From assembly GCA_045533905.1 (NCBI GenBank), contig JAZSIR010000001.1:7617-71616 (forward strand): 64,000 nucleotides of DNA, in the 5' to 3' direction. Positions 10,083 through 18,959 of the stretch are shown here, in pieces; position 1 is the stretch's first letter; each line of letters starts with the position of its first letter. Origin of the DNA: Clostridia bacterium (GTDB taxonomy: Bacteria > Bacillota > Clostridia > UMGS1883 > UMGS1540). A model generated the notes under the pieces. It saw nothing but the letters and a program-made list of their open reading frames with translations, was not told the origin of the DNA and made no database searches. The translations under genes were made by a program, and so were the position numbers.

Positions 10083-11771
10083 ATGAAACGATTGTTGTAT
10101 GGCGGTACGGTTGTTAATGTGTTCACAGGCGAGCTTGAGCAAACGAACGTGCTGATAGAAAAAGATAAAATTGTAGGTGTTGGTGCATATTCTCCCGATG
10201 ATGCGGATATGACCGAGGATATTACAGGAAAGTACATATGCCCCGGATTTATTGACGGTCATATTCACATTGAAAGCACGATGTTGACACCCTCAGAGCT
10301 TGCAAGACTGTGTATGCCTCACGGAACTACCGCAATCGTTGCCGATCCTCACGAGATTGCCAATGTATGCGGTATGGATGGCATCAAATATATGATGGAA
10401 GCAAGTAGCGGTATCCCTCTCTCGGTTTATTTTACATTGCCTTCCTGCGTTCCCGCAACACCGTTTGATGAATCGGGTGCGGTGCTTGAGGCGGACGATA
10501 TCAGACCACTGTACGAAAACAAGCGAGTTGTAGGACTTGCCGAAATGATGAACTATCCCGGAGTTCTCCTTGGAACGAGCGATGTGTATAACAAAATCGG
10601 TGATGCAATAGAACACGGAAAAGTCATTGATGGCCACGCCCCCTTCTTGTCAGGAAAAGAACTTGATAAATACATTTGTGCAGGTATTACGAGTGACCAC
10701 GAGTGCTCGGATGTGGGTGAAGCGATAGAAAAAATCAGAAAAGGTCAATGGGTGATGATTCGCCAAGGAACGGCTGCTCGTAACCTTGCAGAGCTATTGC
10801 CATTGTTTGATGATGCTTATAGCCATAGATGCGTTCTTGTCACCGATGACCGTCATCCCGCAGACCTTATAAGAGACGGACATATTGATAATATCATCCG
10901 TCTTGCCGCCCGAGGCGGGAAATCAGTTATTACGGCAATTAAAATGGCTACGATACAGGCAGCTCAGTGCTTCGGTTTGCGATTCGTTGGGGCTGTTGCT
11001 CCCGGTTACCGTGCAGATCTTCTTGTACTAAACGACCTTAATGCAGTTGATATTGAAGACGTTTATTCAAAGGGAGAAAAGGTTGTAGAGCGAGGGCAAA
11101 TGAAAGCGTTTGACCGTCCCAAAATTGACGGGGGGTTGTGCGAAACAGTACATAACTCGTTCCATACAAAAGAATTGACGATTGCTGATTTTCACATTGA
11201 AGAAAATAGCAACAAATGTCGAGTGATAGAGATTATTCCCGGTCAGCTTCTCACGGGGGAACAAGTGTGTGAGATTGATTGGAGCAAGAGGAACGGCATT
11301 GACACCACGAGAGACATTCTTAAACTCGCGGTTATTGAAAGACACAAAAACACAGGTCATATTGGACTTGGCTTTATTAAGGGTATTGGAATAAAAAATG
11401 GTGCTATTGCATCCTCCGTATCTCACGATTCACACAATATTATTGTGATTGGCTCAAATGACGAGAATATGGTGATTGCCGCAAATAACATCCGTAAGAA
11501 TGGTGGTAATGTAGTTGTTTCTGCCGGAAAGATTATTGCCGACATGGCATTGCCGATAGCAGGTCTTATGACCAATCTTTCAGGCGAGGAAATTGCCCTT
11601 GCCAATGAAAATGTACGCAAAGCCGTGTATGAGCTTGGCGTGTCGAGGAATATCGAACCTTTTATGAATATGGCGTTTGTGAGTCTGCCTGTAATTCCGT
11701 CACTCAAAATGACGACGCAGGGGCTTGTGAACGTAGATAAACAAGAAAGAATATCGCTTTACTGCGATTAA
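10083..11771 (+). CDS. ade: Adenine deaminase.
   Basis: 562 aa of the amidohydrolase family. N-terminus (LLYGGTVVNVFTG..ICPGFIDGHIHIESTMLTPSE) is typical of Ade. Confidence 0.85.
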   Translation: MKRLLYGGTVVNVFTGELEQTNVLIEKDKIVGVGAYSPDDADMTEDITGKYICPGFIDGHIHIESTMLTPSELARLCMPHGTTAIVADPHEIANVCGMDGIKYMMEASSGIPLSVYFTLPSCVPATPFDESGAVLEADDIRPLYENKRVVGLAEMMNYPGVLLGTSDVYNKIGDAIEHGKVIDGHAPFLSGKELDKYICAGITSDHECSDVGEAIEKIRKGQWVMIRQGTAARNLAELLPLFDDAYSHRCVLVTDDRHPADLIRDGHIDNIIRLAARGGKSVITAIKMATIQAAQCFGLRFVGAVAPGYRADLLVLNDLNAVDIEDVYSKGEKVVERGQMKAFDRPKIDGGLCETVHNSFHTKELTIADFHIEENSNKCRVIEIIPGQLLTGEQVCEIDWSKRNGIDTTRDILKLAVIERHKNTGHIGLGFIKGIGIKNGAIASSVSHDSHNIIVIGSNDENMVIAANNIRKNGGNVVVSAGKIIADMALPIAGLMTNLSGEEIALANENVRKAVYELGVSRNIEPFMNMAFVSLPVIPSLKMTTQGLVNVDKQERISLYCD

Positions 11772-11804
11772 AAATAATAATAATTTAGAAAGAGGTAATT
11801 TATA

Positions 11805-12101
11805 ATGACTATCGAAAAGAACTTAAGCGGTACAGAACTTAATGTAAAGGTGTCAGGCAGACTTGACACAACAACCGCACCGGAACTTGAAGCAGAAGTT
11901 ATGGGCGCAATCTCAGGTGTAACAAAACTTGTACTTAACTTTGAAGCACTTGAGTACCTTTCATCTGCAGGACTCAGAGTACTGCTTCAGGTACAAAAGA
12001 TAATGAACAAGCAGGGTGAGATGATTATTAAGAACGTAAACGAAACAATCAATGAGATTTTTGAAGTAACAGGATTCATTGATATTCTGACGATTGAATA
12101 A
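11805..12101 (+). CDS. STAS-domain anti-sigma-factor antagonist, copy 2.
   Basis: 98 aa. LEYLSSAGLRVLL. Paralog of 6385..6681. Confidence 0.8.
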   Translation: MTIEKNLSGTELNVKVSGRLDTTTAPELEAEVMGAISGVTKLVLNFEALEYLSSAGLRVLLQVQKIMNKQGEMIIKNVNETINEIFEVTGFIDILTIE

Positions 12102-12144
12102 GGTGAACTCCAATGAACCAAACAAGTATTGGAGGGATATACCT

Positions 12145-13995
12145 ATGAAACCAAAAAAGCAAACAAGCATTTCCTACAACTTCCTAAAATGGCTCTTATT
12201 CTTGATGCTCGTCGCCTTTATTGCCACAACCGTGTTCCTGTGGGTATTCCAAACACGACTCGCAAACAACAATGCCGACAATCTCTTGCGGTTGAACATC
12301 ACTGATGTCAAGGCAGACATAAAAGACGCCACCAACGACCATATGCTTGAGATCGTTCGCAACATATCGGCAGAGCTTGACGATATAGATGCAGATACCG
12401 CATCAGAAGAAGAAATGAGTGCACGAATTGCGGAAATGCTCACACGGTACGATGTAACGGAGATTGATATTATCAACAGTAAAGGTATCATCGTGGCGTG
12501 TAATATCGAATCTTTCGTCGGCTTCGATATGGCATCGGGCGAGCAATCCAAAGAGTTCTTGGTGTTGCTCGAAGGCGAAAAGGAAATGGTGCAGGAATTT
12601 CAAGCTCAGTCCTATGACAGCTCCATTGAGCGTAAGTATGCAGGCGCATCGCTTACAAACGGCGGTCTTGTGCAGATTGGTTATGACTACGCGCATTTGC
12701 AGGCGAGCGTTGACCACGAGGTTGTTTCGCTCACCCGTAACCGTCACGTGGGCAACAACGGACGAGTTCTGATTGTTGACCAAGATAAAAACATTGTCAG
12801 CAATGTCAAAGGAATTGACCGTAAAAAACTTGATTTAGAAGCGTTCGGAATAAAACCCGGCTCTGTTCAATCAGGACAACGTGTTACCGCAAACGTAGAG
12901 GGTGTTGATTTCTACTGTATGGCAGAAATGGCCGAAGGCTACTACATTATATCCGCAATACCGGTTAAAGAAGTAACCATCACACGAAATATGGTTGTCA
13001 TTATGGCAGTTGCGGTTGAAATGCTGATATTTATTGCCCTGACGCTTCTTGTCTATCTTTTGATAAAGAAACAGATCGTCGTCAGCGTGAACCGTATCAA
13101 CCATTCGCTATCGGAGATCACAAACGGAAACCTTGATGTTACGATGGACGTGCGTAACAATTTGGAATTTGACTCACTTTCCAACGACATCAACGCAACG
13201 GTAGATACTTTGAAGCGGTACATCAAGGATGCAGAAGAACGCATCGACGCAGAGCTTGCCTTTGCAAAAGCCATTCAGCACTCGGCGTTGCCGTCTGTAT
13301 TCCCGCCTTATCCGAATAGAAAAGAGTTCGAGATCTTCGCCACGATGCACACGGCAAAAGAGGTTGGCGGTGATTTCTACGATTTCTATTTTGTAGACGA
13401 AGATAACCTTGCGTTCTTGATAGCAGACGTATCCGGCAAGGGTGTCCCTGCGGCAATGTTTATGATGCAATCCAAGACCATCATCAAGAGCTGTGCCGAG
13501 TCGGGCATGAGCGTTGAGCAGGTATTCACCGTTGCCAACGAAAAGCTCTGCGAGGGCAATGATGCAGGTATGTTCGTTACCGCCTGGATGGGTATTCTGA
13601 ATACCAAAACCGGCAAGGTACTCTTTGCCAATGCCGGACATAACCCGCCTCTTGTCAAACACGCAGACGGTACATACGAATATCTCAAATCCCGTGCAGG
13701 TTTTGTGCTTGCAGGTATGGAGGGTGTTCGCTACCGCAAGAATGAAGTTGAGCTTGCACCCGGTGATGCGATTTATCTCTACACCGACGGTGTTACCGAA
13801 GCAACCGATCTGAACACCGAGCTTTACGGAGAAGATCGTCTGCATATCGTTCTTGAAAAATACAAAGATGCAGCACCGCAAGTGATCTGTGATGAAGTCA
13901 AAAAGGATGTAGACGCCTTCGTCGGGGAAGCTCCGCAGTTTGATGACATTACAATGCTTGCGCTGAAATACTACGGGAAGGAGGATGCACAATGA
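12145..13995 (+). CDS. Membrane sensor PP2C phosphatase (SpoIIE/RsbU family) with TM, a periplasmic dCache-like domain, a second TM and a HAMP domain.
   Basis: Start chosen at MKPKKQ, which has a GGAGGGA RBS. The ORF track begins earlier, at 12094. TM1 is FLKWLLFLMLVAFIATTVFLWVF, followed by about 270 aa extracytoplasmic, then TM2 and a HAMP-like linker. The PP2C core is GGDFYDF..FLIADVSGKGVPAAMFMM..DGVTEA. The stop overlaps the next start. Confidence 0.75.
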   Translation: MKPKKQTSISYNFLKWLLFLMLVAFIATTVFLWVFQTRLANNNADNLLRLNITDVKADIKDATNDHMLEIVRNISAELDDIDADTASEEEMSARIAEMLTRYDVTEIDIINSKGIIVACNIESFVGFDMASGEQSKEFLVLLEGEKEMVQEFQAQSYDSSIERKYAGASLTNGGLVQIGYDYAHLQASVDHEVVSLTRNRHVGNNGRVLIVDQDKNIVSNVKGIDRKKLDLEAFGIKPGSVQSGQRVTANVEGVDFYCMAEMAEGYYIISAIPVKEVTITRNMVVIMAVAVEMLIFIALTLLVYLLIKKQIVVSVNRINHSLSEITNGNLDVTMDVRNNLEFDSLSNDINATVDTLKRYIKDAEERIDAELAFAKAIQHSALPSVFPPYPNRKEFEIFATMHTAKEVGGDFYDFYFVDEDNLAFLIADVSGKGVPAAMFMMQSKTIIKSCAESGMSVEQVFTVANEKLCEGNDAGMFVTAWMGILNTKTGKVLFANAGHNPPLVKHADGTYEYLKSRAGFVLAGMEGVRYRKNEVELAPGDAIYLYTDGVTEATDLNTELYGEDRLHIVLEKYKDAAPQVICDEVKKDVDAFVGEAPQFDDITMLALKYYGKEDAQ

Positions 13996-14402
13996 AAGAA
14001 CTAACCATTGCCGCAACAGTAGAAAACATTGAAACTGTAACGGACTTCGTAAACGAACAGCTTGAAGCGTTTGATTGCCCTATGAAAGCACAGATGCAGA
14101 TCGACATTGCCATCGACGAGCTTTTCGGCAACATTGCGCACTATGCGTACAATCCCGATGTAGGAGAAGCGACCGTTCGCGTGGAGGTTACCGAAGATCC
14201 TCTTGCCGTGGTAATCACCTTTATTGATAACGGCGTACCTTACGATCCTCTTGCAAAAGCCGAGCCCGACACAACGCTTTCCGCAGAGGAAAGAGACATC
14301 GGTGGTCTTGGCATCTATATGGTGAAGAAGTCTATGGACGACATTGCCTATGAATACAAAGACGGACACAACATTTTGAAAATCAAGAAGAATTTGAATT
14401 AA
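13992..14402 (+). CDS. Anti-sigma regulatory factor / serine protein kinase (RsbW/SpoIIAB-like, GHKL ATPase).
   Basis: 136 aa. N-box DELFGNIAHYAY, G1 FIDNGVPYDP and G2 GGLGIYMV are all intact. Translationally coupled to the phosphatase (ATGA). Confidence 0.75.
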   Translation: MKELTIAATVENIETVTDFVNEQLEAFDCPMKAQMQIDIAIDELFGNIAHYAYNPDVGEATVRVEVTEDPLAVVITFIDNGVPYDPLAKAEPDTTLSAEERDIGGLGIYMVKKSMDDIAYEYKDGHNILKIKKNLN

Positions 14403-14415
14403 AGGATTATTGCAA

Positions 14416-16602
14416 ATGAAGAACTTAAACAAAAAACTTTTGACCTTCGGTATAGTTTTGTGTATGCTTCTCTCGTGTTTTTCGGGAGTGGTATTTGCAA
14501 AGGATATCGAAACAATCGTTATTCTTTATGAAAACGATGTTCATTGTGCAGTAGAGGGTTATTCTAAACTTGCAGCAATGAAAAATGAATTATCAGAAGA
14601 TTATGAATATGTAGGCGTTGTATCCTCCGGCGACTTTGTTCAGGGCGGAACTCTTGGTGCAGTTTCTCGTGGTGAATACATAGTAAGCCTTATGAACCTT
14701 GTGGGATATGATGCCGTAACACTTGGTAATCACGAATTTGATTATAAGCTCCCACGCCTTGATGAACTTGCAGAATTGATGAACACCGAACCTATCTCTT
14801 GTAACTTTCAAAAGATAGGTGAAACTGAATCATATTTTGAGCCGTATTCCATCGTAACCTACGGTGATGTGGATATAGCATATATCGGTATCACAACACC
14901 ATCTACATTGTCCTCATCGTCACCTGCACAGTTTAAGGGTGAAAATGGTGAGTATATTTACACATTCAATGTAGATACCCTTTACGATGTGGTACAGGCA
15001 AGTATTGATTCTGCAAAGGAAGATGGTGCTGATTACATAATCGCCCTTTCTCATATTGGATATGAAGAAGATGAGCAGTATGAGGATGTTGTTGACTTAA
15101 TTGAAAACACATACGGATTTGATGTTGTTCTTGATGCTCATTCTCACTCTGTTATTGAAAATATGAAGCTGACCGATGAGGGCGGAAATGAGGTTGTTCT
15201 TACCTCAACAGGCACAAAGTTTGAAAATATCGGCAAGCTTACAATTTCAGGCGGTGAGATAACAACAGAGCTTATAGAAACTGAGAACTACACAAACACA
15301 GATACAACCGTTGATGCAAAACTTGCGGAAATAAACGAAGCATATTCTGCTCTCGGTAATCGCAAGATTGGTGAAAGCGAAATAGAGCTTATCACGAACG
15401 ATGCGGACGGAAACCGCCTTGTTAGGACAACAGAAACCAATCTCGGCAATTTGTGTGCAGATGCAATTAAAACAGTAACGAAAGCTGATATTGCCTATGT
15501 AAACGGCGGCGGAATCCGTGCACCGATTGAAATTGGCGAAGTATCGTTCAATGACATTTTTAGTGTTTTTCCATTTAACAATCAGATTGTTGTAGCAGAA
15601 ATGACAGGTCAGAAAATACGCGATATGCTTGAAATGTCACTTATGAATTATCCGGCAGAAGATGGCTCTTTCCCTCATGTTGCAGGACTAACATTTTCGG
15701 TTAATAAATCCATTCCAACATCTGTTAAAACAGACGAAAACACAGTTTTTACAGGCGTTGACGGTGAGTATAGAGTTTATGATATTAAAGTATTAAATGA
15801 AGACACAGGCGAATACGAGCCTATTAAACTCGACGGAACATACTCCTTTGCAAGCTTCAACTACTTTGTTTTAGACCAAGGCGGCGGTATGAGTATGTTT
15901 GACGGTGTAAAAATATTAAAGAATGACGGAATGCTTGATGTTGAAGCGTTAGAAACATACATCACAGAAAACCTTGGCGGTGTTATCGGCGAAGAATATG
16001 CAGAGGTAGATAACAGAATCAACTTTACAGACGGTGAAGATGCACTTAATAAGTTCACCGATTTGTCCGATGATGCTTGGTATAGTGATTCTGCAAAGTA
16101 TGTTTTGGAAAACGGTCTTATGAAAGGCGTAACAGATACCACCTTTGCACCAAACGAAAACTTAACAAGAGCAATGCTTGTTACAGTTCTTTACCGTGCA
16201 GAAAATGAACCTGCCACAAACCGCAGCATTCCTTTCTCTGATGTTGATACGGGTGCTTACTATGCAAGTGCAGTTTCTTGGGCAAAGCAGAACGGTATTG
16301 TAAACGGTGTAACAGAAACAGAATTTGCACCGAATGACAATATCACCCGTGAACAGATTGCGGCAATTATGCACAGATACGCACAGTACAAGGGTTATGA
16401 TGTCAGCGTAGGAGAAAACACAAATATTCTTTCCTATGACGATTTTGACAGCATTTCCGAGTATGCAATAGCTTCTATGCAGTACGCTTGCGGCAGCGGC
16501 TTGATTAAGGGTAAATCAGAAAGCACCCCCAATCCGCTTGATAATGCTACAAGAGCAGAAATAGCAGCAATACTTCACAGATTTATTGAAGTGAATAAGT
16601 AA
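14416..16602 (+). CDS. Cell-surface 5'-nucleotidase / bifunctional metallophosphatase with C-terminal SLH domains.
   Basis: Signal peptide, then a calcineurin-like N-domain (ILYENDVHC..GDFVQG..GNHEFD) and a 5'-nucleotidase C-domain. Three SLH-like repeats follow at the C-terminus (FTDLSDDAWYSDSAKYV..; FSDVDTGAYYASAVSWA..). The ORF track starts at a TTG at 14410; the ATG at 14416 is preferred. Confidence 0.8.
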   Translation: MKNLNKKLLTFGIVLCMLLSCFSGVVFAKDIETIVILYENDVHCAVEGYSKLAAMKNELSEDYEYVGVVSSGDFVQGGTLGAVSRGEYIVSLMNLVGYDAVTLGNHEFDYKLPRLDELAELMNTEPISCNFQKIGETESYFEPYSIVTYGDVDIAYIGITTPSTLSSSSPAQFKGENGEYIYTFNVDTLYDVVQASIDSAKEDGADYIIALSHIGYEEDEQYEDVVDLIENTYGFDVVLDAHSHSVIENMKLTDEGGNEVVLTSTGTKFENIGKLTISGGEITTELIETENYTNTDTTVDAKLAEINEAYSALGNRKIGESEIELITNDADGNRLVRTTETNLGNLCADAIKTVTKADIAYVNGGGIRAPIEIGEVSFNDIFSVFPFNNQIVVAEMTGQKIRDMLEMSLMNYPAEDGSFPHVAGLTFSVNKSIPTSVKTDENTVFTGVDGEYRVYDIKVLNEDTGEYEPIKLDGTYSFASFNYFVLDQGGGMSMFDGVKILKNDGMLDVEALETYITENLGGVIGEEYAEVDNRINFTDGEDALNKFTDLSDDAWYSDSAKYVLENGLMKGVTDTTFAPNENLTRAMLVTVLYRAENEPATNRSIPFSDVDTGAYYASAVSWAKQNGIVNGVTETEFAPNDNITREQIAAIMHRYAQYKGYDVSVGENTNILSYDDFDSISEYAIASMQYACGSGLIKGKSESTPNPLDNATRAEIAAILHRFIEVNK

Positions 16603-16620
16603 ATAGCAAAATGGCACTAA

Positions 16621-16650
16621 GGAGTGAGTCGAAAGGCTCACTCCTTTTAC
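16621..16650 (+). terminator. Rho-independent terminator ending the 16.6-kb plus-strand gene block.
   Basis: Stem ggagtgag/ctcactcc with an 8-nt loop, followed by TTTT. Confidence 0.7.
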
Positions 16651-16784
16651 ATACCCTCATATTAAAATATGGTCCACATTAATCAAAGAAAAGGACTTTG
16701 AAAAAACTTCGTAGACTTATGTCATCTTCTGTGGTATGTTTGTGTTGCCGAAAAGGTAAATACAAATTTAGGAGATGAAATTTT

Positions 16785-17339
16785 ATGAAGAAAAAAGTAT
16801 TATGTACGGCATTGGCAGTGACTATGTTGCTAACAACAACTGCATCGGCAACTGCAAAACCTTGGTGGCTCAGTAAATACCGAGTAACTTTCGACAATGA
16901 ACTTGGAATCGTAGGAAATGTAACCTTAACCTTCGCCTCAGACGGCGGTAGCTTTATCAGGCCAATAACCAAAAGATATGGCGAGAGCATCAGTCTTGAA
17001 AGTTATGTACCAACAAAATACGGTTACACATTCAAAGGATGGTTCACAGATCCAAGAACAAAGCAAAATCAGGTAACAACATTCAAATTCACAAAGCCTG
17101 ATGTGCTTTACGCTAAGTGGCAGCCTAACCCACAGGAGCCTATAAATCCGAATGACGAAATCATAGCAAAAGATACCTGCTACCTCACGGACGAAGAAAC
17201 AAAAATACGAAATGAAATTATAGAAGAAAAGAATAAGACATACATCGAAGGCTTCGGTTATGTAGCTCCAAGTAAAACAAAAACAATCATCGTAGACTCA
17301 GGCGGTGATATAAATAAAATGGTCGGCACAATGGAATAA
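16785..17339 (+). CDS. Secreted hypothetical protein with a Listeria-Bacteroides-type repeat.
   Basis: Signal peptide MKKKVLCTALAVTMLLTTTASA. The YGYTFKGWFTDP motif is typical of the Flg_new/List_Bact repeat. AT-rich context. Confidence 0.5.
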   Translation: MKKKVLCTALAVTMLLTTTASATAKPWWLSKYRVTFDNELGIVGNVTLTFASDGGSFIRPITKRYGESISLESYVPTKYGYTFKGWFTDPRTKQNQVTTFKFTKPDVLYAKWQPNPQEPINPNDEIIAKDTCYLTDEETKIRNEIIEEKNKTYIEGFGYVAPSKTKTIIVDSGGDINKMVGTME

Positions 17340-17355
17340 AAAGAATAACTTAAAT

Positions 17356-17396
17356 GGCGGTATGCTCGAGATTACCTCGAACATACCGCCGTTTTG
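17356..17396. terminator. Hairpin terminator between convergent genes.
   Basis: ggcggtatg ... cataccgcc stem followed by TTTT. Confidence 0.6.
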
Positions 17397-17400
17397 TATC

Positions 17401-18486
17401 TTATATTTCTTTCAGTAGCCTGATGGCTTCATCAAGTGAAATTTCTCCGGACTCGCCACGATCTTTAATATCCATAGCCAATGTACTCTGTTCAAGCCAC
17501 TTGGAATAATCCAATCCGCTTGATTTTCGCTTAGCCAATCGATCGTAAGTTCTGTCATATTCTTTTTTTATTGGAGACCTGAATTCATCTGAGTTTTCTT
17601 TTTTGTGAGCACCTACCTTGCTGCATGTCCTGCCTTTCGGATCGTTAGGAGCCACTCTGTTGCAATAGTGGGTATCATGACCTGTTGGCAAAAGAAAAAA
17701 ACGTTTGCAATTATGACATCTTTTCGGTGAGTGTTTAACATTTAATCCTCTGAACAGGTCTGAATTTAAAAAGCCGCCAATAGACCTGAAAATGACTCTT
17801 TCTGCCAATATATAATTTTCTTTGCAATCAGGATCAGGACAAGTGACATATTCAATATTTGCCGGCATTTCTGCTTTAAATGTAATTGCAGGATATTTCG
17901 GGATAAGAGATTCAAGATTTTGCTGTAATTCGCTATTATTCAGAAACTGATATATTGCGTGTGCAAAATGTGCAGGGGTTCTTGCAGTAACATTTTCTAT
18001 ATATAAATCAACAAATGCAGATGCATATATTTTAAAAATCAGTATTTCATCATTGATTGATAACAAGCCTACTAAAATTCTGTTTAATATGCTTCTGCTC
18101 TCGCTTTTGGGATGGGTTTCATATATTTCCCTGAACTCCGATATATATCTTCTTTTATCAAATTCAAAGCGGTCATATAAAGGCAGGCTAAGGATAACAT
18201 CTAATGCCTTGCTTAGATATGGAGCAAAGCCATCAAAACTGCATGATGATATAATCATTAAATTTGATTCGTATTCCCCATATAGTTTTTCTAGAAACGC
18301 TTTCCTTAAATTTGATAATACTGTTTTCAAATTATCAAGCTGTTCGTCAGATAGCTCCAGAATTTCAGTTGAAATCTGACCAAGCGAGACCTTTTCTTTT
18401 CCGATAATGACATAATCTTTATAAAATTGTGCCGTTATATATCCAAAATCAAATGGTTTTTCATCTAAACTTTTTATACTTGCCAT
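17401..18486 (-). CDS. Hypothetical protein with a Cys/His-rich, probably Zn-binding, C-terminal region. Island-encoded.
   Basis: The ORF track gives 17401..18507. Start chosen at MASIK, which has a GGAAGTGAG RBS. The C-terminal motif cluster is CPDPDC..CHNCKRF..HDTHYCNRV..C. The region is very AT-rich. Confidence 0.5.
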   Translation of the reverse strand: MASIKSLDEKPFDFGYITAQFYKDYVIIGKEKVSLGQISTEILELSDEQLDNLKTVLSNLRKAFLEKLYGEYESNLMIISSCSFDGFAPYLSKALDVILSLPLYDRFEFDKRRYISEFREIYETHPKSESRSILNRILVGLLSINDEILIFKIYASAFVDLYIENVTARTPAHFAHAIYQFLNNSELQQNLESLIPKYPAITFKAEMPANIEYVTCPDPDCKENYILAERVIFRSIGGFLNSDLFRGLNVKHSPKRCHNCKRFFLLPTGHDTHYCNRVAPNDPKGRTCSKVGAHKKENSDEFRSPIKKEYDRTYDRLAKRKSSGLDYSKWLEQSTLAMDIKDRGESGEISLDEAIRLLKEI

Positions 18487-18549
18487 ATACTCACTTCCAC
18501 GATACATATTTTATAATTCCACTACTTTTGAAAATGGCGGCAAAATCGA

Positions 18550-18578
18550 TTGACGCACATCTTGCGATATGTTAGAAT
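18550..18578 (+). promoter_or_regulatory. Sigma-70-like promoter for the recombinase operon.
   Basis: TTGACG, then 17 nt, then TAGAAT. About 240 nt of leader follow before the first ORF. Confidence 0.5.
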
Positions 18579-18794
18579 AGCCACACAACAAATTATACAC
18601 GATACAAATAAAAATGTCAATCGTGGAAATTGAACCTTGAAAACTTAATAGCCGAACCGCAAGGGATACATTCTCGGGGAAGTGTCGCCACGATATGAGC
18701 GCACCAAGAGATGAAAATACGATGTCGGTGTCAAACAAGGCAGGAGGTCAGGAACTGTAGCGGAAGTCGGTGCTAAAATAATTATATGAAGGGA

Positions 18795-18959
18795 ATGATG
18801 TTTATGAAATCTATGAATATAGAGATAGAAAAGGCTGTTGCCAAGGCTATGATTTTAAACCTGTTAAAAGCAAACCTTATAAGCGATGAGGAAGCAAACA
18901 AGCTGATAGATAAAGCCTTTGATGCATTAAGCGAGCCTTTAATAGAAAACTCAGCATAA
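18795..18959 (+). CDS. Small hypothetical protein of 54 aa upstream of the recombinase genes.
   Basis: MMFMKSMNIEIEKAVAKAMILNLLKANLISDEEANKLIDKAFDALSEPLIENSA. It is below the ORF-track size cutoff, and the call rests on an open frame only. Confidence 0.3.
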   Translation: MMFMKSMNIEIEKAVAKAMILNLLKANLISDEEANKLIDKAFDALSEPLIENSA

